The position numbers were made by a program, and so were the translations under genes. The notes beneath the pieces were generated by a model that saw only the letters and a list, made by a program, of their open reading frames with translations, had not been told where the DNA came from and ran no database searches. A DNA stretch of 32,000 nt from Wigglesworthia glossinidia endosymbiont of Glossina brevipalpis. GTDB lineage: Bacteria; Pseudomonadota; Gammaproteobacteria; Enterobacterales; Enterobacteriaceae. The stretch is taken from positions 480,001 to 512,000 of the forward strand of contig BA000021.3 of assembly GCA_000008885.1 (NCBI GenBank). The letters run 5' to 3'. Positions 29,181-32,000 of this stretch are shown here, in pieces; position 1 is the stretch's first letter, and each line of letters opens with the position of its first letter.

Positions 29181-30923
29181 ATGAATTATGATATTAAAAT
29201 ACATAGAATATCTAAAATAAAATCTCCAGAAATAGAAAATAGCAATATTCCAATTATTTTAAAAAAAATATATTCGAATAGAGGAATAAAACAGTTAAAA
29301 GAAATAGATCTTAAAACAAAAAATTTAATATCATATAAAAATTTATTAGGAATAAAAAAAGCAACTGATGTTTTGAAGATTGCTCTTATAAAGAGAAAAA
29401 AAATTGTTATTGTAGGAGATTTCGATGTAGACGGAGCTAGTGGTACAGCTTTAGCTTTTCTAATTTTAATGAAATTAGGAGCTAAAAAAGTGGAATTCAT
29501 AATACCAAATAGATTCAAAAATGGATATGGATTAACGAAAGAAATAGTAGAATTCATAGAAAAAAAAGAAGGCGAAGTGATTGTTACAGTAGACAATGGA
29601 ATATCATCTCACGAAGGTGTAAATTTAGCAAGAAAGAAAGGAATGAAAATAATAATTTCTGATCACCATATACCAGATAAAATTTTGCCTAAAGCACATG
29701 CTATTATTAATCCTAATTTAAAAAATTGTAAGTTTAAATCAAAATCTTTATCAGGAGTAGGAGTAATATTTTATCTAATGATCTCTTTGAGATCAGAGTT
29801 AAAAAAAAATTCTTGGTTCAAAGACAATAAAATTATTATACCAAATTTAGCAGAATTTTTAGATTTAGTTGCACTAGGAACAATTTCAGATTTGTCTCCA
29901 TTAGACTTAAATAATAGAATTTTAGTTCATCAAGGAATGAATCGTATTAGAAATGGTAATTGTCGTGCAGGAATTAAAGCACTAATAGAAATTTCTAATC
30001 TGGACATATCTTTTTTATCTACAAATGATATCAGTTATATTTTGAGTCCAAAAATAAATGTTGCTGGTAGATTAAAAGATATGCGTATAGGTGTAAAATT
30101 ATTATTAACAAATGATATAAAAAAAGCTCGTTTATTAGCAAAAGAACTTAATTTTTTAAACAAAAAAAGACAAATAATTGGGAAAAAAATGGAAAAACAA
30201 GCTTTTTTTATATGTACTAAAATACAAAAAAAAACAAATACTACACCTTCAGGGTTTGTCCTTTATCATCAAGATTGGCATGAAGGAATATTAGGGATAA
30301 TAGCTTCTAGAATAAAGGAAAGATTTCAAGTTCCAGTAATTATATTTGCTAAATCTAAAAATAATCTACTAAAAGGTTCTATAAGATCTATAGAAGGAAT
30401 AAACATAAGATTAATTTTAAAAGAACTAAATAACATGTATCCAGATTTAATAATTTCATTTGGAGGACATTCTGTTGCTGCAGCTTTAGTAATAGAAAGT
30501 AGTAAATTGATATATTTTAAAAAAATTTTTTTAAATTTCATTGAAAATAAAAAAATAAATGTTTCATCAAAAAGAATAATATCCTCTGATGGAGAACTAT
30601 TTTACGATGATATTTCTATAAAAACAGCTACTTTGTTACTATACTCTTCACCATGGGGAAATAAATTTAATTATCCGATATTTGATGGTAAATTTCGTAT
30701 TTTCGATCAGTTATTAATAAACAAAATTCACTTAAAAATAAAAATACAACATATATTAGGAGGAAATATTTTAGATGGAATTTGTTTTAATGTTGATTTA
30801 AAATCATGGCCAAACAAAAAAATAAATTTTGTAAAACTAGCATATACTCTAAGAGTTTATAAAAAAAACAAAATTCCAATACTACAAATAATAATAATTC
30901 ATTTATTTCCAATAATGCCTTGA
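29181..30923 (+). CDS. recJ: Single-stranded-DNA-specific exonuclease RecJ
   Basis: 580 aa; VGDFDVDGASGTA, TVDNGISSHEGV, SDHHIPDKILP.AHAIINPNL, NVAGRLKDM, FGGHSVAAA; AAAGGAAAA ribosome-binding-like sequence upstream. Confidence 0.95.
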   Translation: MNYDIKIHRISKIKSPEIENSNIPIILKKIYSNRGIKQLKEIDLKTKNLISYKNLLGIKKATDVLKIALIKRKKIVIVGDFDVDGASGTALAFLILMKLGAKKVEFIIPNRFKNGYGLTKEIVEFIEKKEGEVIVTVDNGISSHEGVNLARKKGMKIIISDHHIPDKILPKAHAIINPNLKNCKFKSKSLSGVGVIFYLMISLRSELKKNSWFKDNKIIIPNLAEFLDLVALGTISDLSPLDLNNRILVHQGMNRIRNGNCRAGIKALIEISNLDISFLSTNDISYILSPKINVAGRLKDMRIGVKLLLTNDIKKARLLAKELNFLNKKRQIIGKKMEKQAFFICTKIQKKTNTTPSGFVLYHQDWHEGILGIIASRIKERFQVPVIIFAKSKNNLLKGSIRSIEGINIRLILKELNNMYPDLIISFGGHSVAAALVIESSKLIYFKKIFLNFIENKKINVSSKRIISSDGELFYDDISIKTATLLLYSSPWGNKFNYPIFDGKFRIFDQLLINKIHLKIKIQHILGGNILDGICFNVDLKSWPNKKINFVKLAYTLRVYKKNKIPILQIIIIHLFPIMP

Positions 30924-31002
30924 AAATATTACAATAAGTATATTAGAATATTTAACTATAAACAGTATTTATAAATTTAATAAATTAATAATTTAATAAA
31001 AA

Positions 31003-32000
31003 ATGTTAGATTCTTATTATATAAAACTAAAAATTTCGTCTTTTTTAAGACGTATAAAATATTTAACTGATTTTCTTTAACTCGAATAAAAAAATAAAAA
31101 ATTCTACAGAAATAGATAAATGTAAATTTGTATATTTAGAAAAGAAAAATTTACCACTAAATGAATATAAAACAAAATTTTATAATAAAAAAAATATTAT
31201 AAATGAAATTAAATTTTTACACGAACAAGTAAAAGAAATTAATATTCTTTTTGATTTGTCTTTAGAAGAAAATGATTCAAAATCTTTGCTTGAAGTTAAT
31301 AATGAAATAATTTTATTGAATAAAAGAATGAAAAAAATAGAACTTATGTGCTATTTTTTTGAAAAAAATGATCGTTGTAATTGTTATATGGATATACAGC
31401 CAGGATCTGGAGGAATAGATGCCCAAGATTGGGCTTCAATATTATTAAGGATGTATTTAAAATGGGCAGATCGTAATAATTTTAAAACCGATATTATTTA
31501 TAAGTCAAGTTCTGAAATAGCTGGTATAAAATCAGCTACAGTTAAATTTTTAGGATCTTATGCATACGGATGGTTAAAAAAAGAAACTGGAATACATAGA
31601 TTAGTAAGAAAAAGTCCATTTGACTCTAACGGGAAAAGACATACTTCTTTTTGTTCAATATTTGTATATCCAGATATAAATGATAAAATTGAAATTAAAA
31701 TAAATTTATCAGATCTTAGAATTGATGTATATAGATCTTCTGGAGCAGGAGGTCAACATGTAAATAGGACAGAGTCTGCTGTTAGAATAACACATTTGCC
31801 TACTAAAATAACCACACAGTGTCAAAGCGATAGATCTCAACACAAAAATAAAGAAAAGGCTATTAATCAGCTTAAATCGAAACTATATGAATTTGAGTTA
31901 AGAAAAAAAAATAAAGATAAAAAAATCATAGAAAAATCCAAATCAAAAATTGCTTGGGGGAATCAAATTAGATCATATATATTTGATAATTCTATAGTAA
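31003..32000 (+). CDS. prfB: Peptide chain release factor 2, +1 programmed frameshift gene, C-terminus beyond window end
   Basis: Zero frame 31003-31077 encodes [25 protein letters not shown] (25 codons) then TAA at 31078-31080. Skipping T31078 gives continuous frame from AAC 31079 ([13 protein letters not shown]...[30 protein letters not shown]...), with SPF ([15 protein letters not shown]) and GGQ ([23 protein letters not shown]) motifs. Follows recJ as in E. coli. Absent from the supplied ORF track. Confidence 0.92.
31075..31081 (+). promoter_or_regulatory. prfB: prfB +1 frameshift site, variant CTT TAA C
   Basis: Sequence CTTTAAC at codons 25-26, same position as E. coli CTTTGAC; the frame continues only after a +1 shift. 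Confidence 0.85.

Noticed and set aside
29186-30541. Minus-strand ORFs antisense to recJ (29186-29596, 30326-30541)
   Set aside because: Shadow ORFs in a strongly conserved RecJ frame.
31078-31080. Treating prfB as a pseudogene because of the stop codon
   Set aside because: Stop is at the exact conserved frameshift position and the downstream frame is open to the window end with SPF and GGQ motifs; recoding is the simpler explanation.
1-32000. Search for mobile elements, phage genes, toxin-antitoxin or defence modules and CRISPR arrays
   Set aside because: All substantial ORFs are accounted for by conserved housekeeping genes; nothing supports a novel accessory system in this window.

Overview
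The window looks like an ordinary but highly reduced, extremely AT-rich gammaproteobacterial genome segment, most likely from an obligate insect endosymbiont of Enterobacterales ancestry. Gene content and the very low GC suggest something Wigglesworthia-like, but this is tentative because no database search was possible. Supported genes: start of sucC, sucB, sucA, sdhB, sdhA, sdhD, sdhC (E. coli-like sdhCDAB-sucABC order, minus strand), a Nif3/YbgI family gene, pgm, fldA, a ~1 kb AT-rich desert, mscM, psd, orn, a DedA-family gene, ubiH, pepP, zapA, full-length trifunctional putA, a C-terminally short ligA, tRNA-Ser(GGA), mtnN, ygfZ, sdhE, recJ and the 5' part of prfB. No mobile element, CRISPR, phage or convincing novel multi-gene system was seen. 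The best observations are: (1) prfB keeps its in-frame stop after exactly 25 codons and needs a +1 shift, but the site reads CTT TAA C instead of CTT TGA C and has no AGGGGG-like stimulator; (2) LigA ends just before the BRCT domain; (3) the SucB peripheral-subunit-binding domain is eroded in its second half; (4) full-length PutA with its N-terminal DNA-binding domain is retained together with the 2-oxoglutarate-to-fumarate part of the TCA cycle; (5) a ~4% GC desert lies at a synteny break; (6) the tRNA-Ser gene does not encode CCA; (7) a GC-rich bidirectional terminator hairpin sits between zapA and putA.
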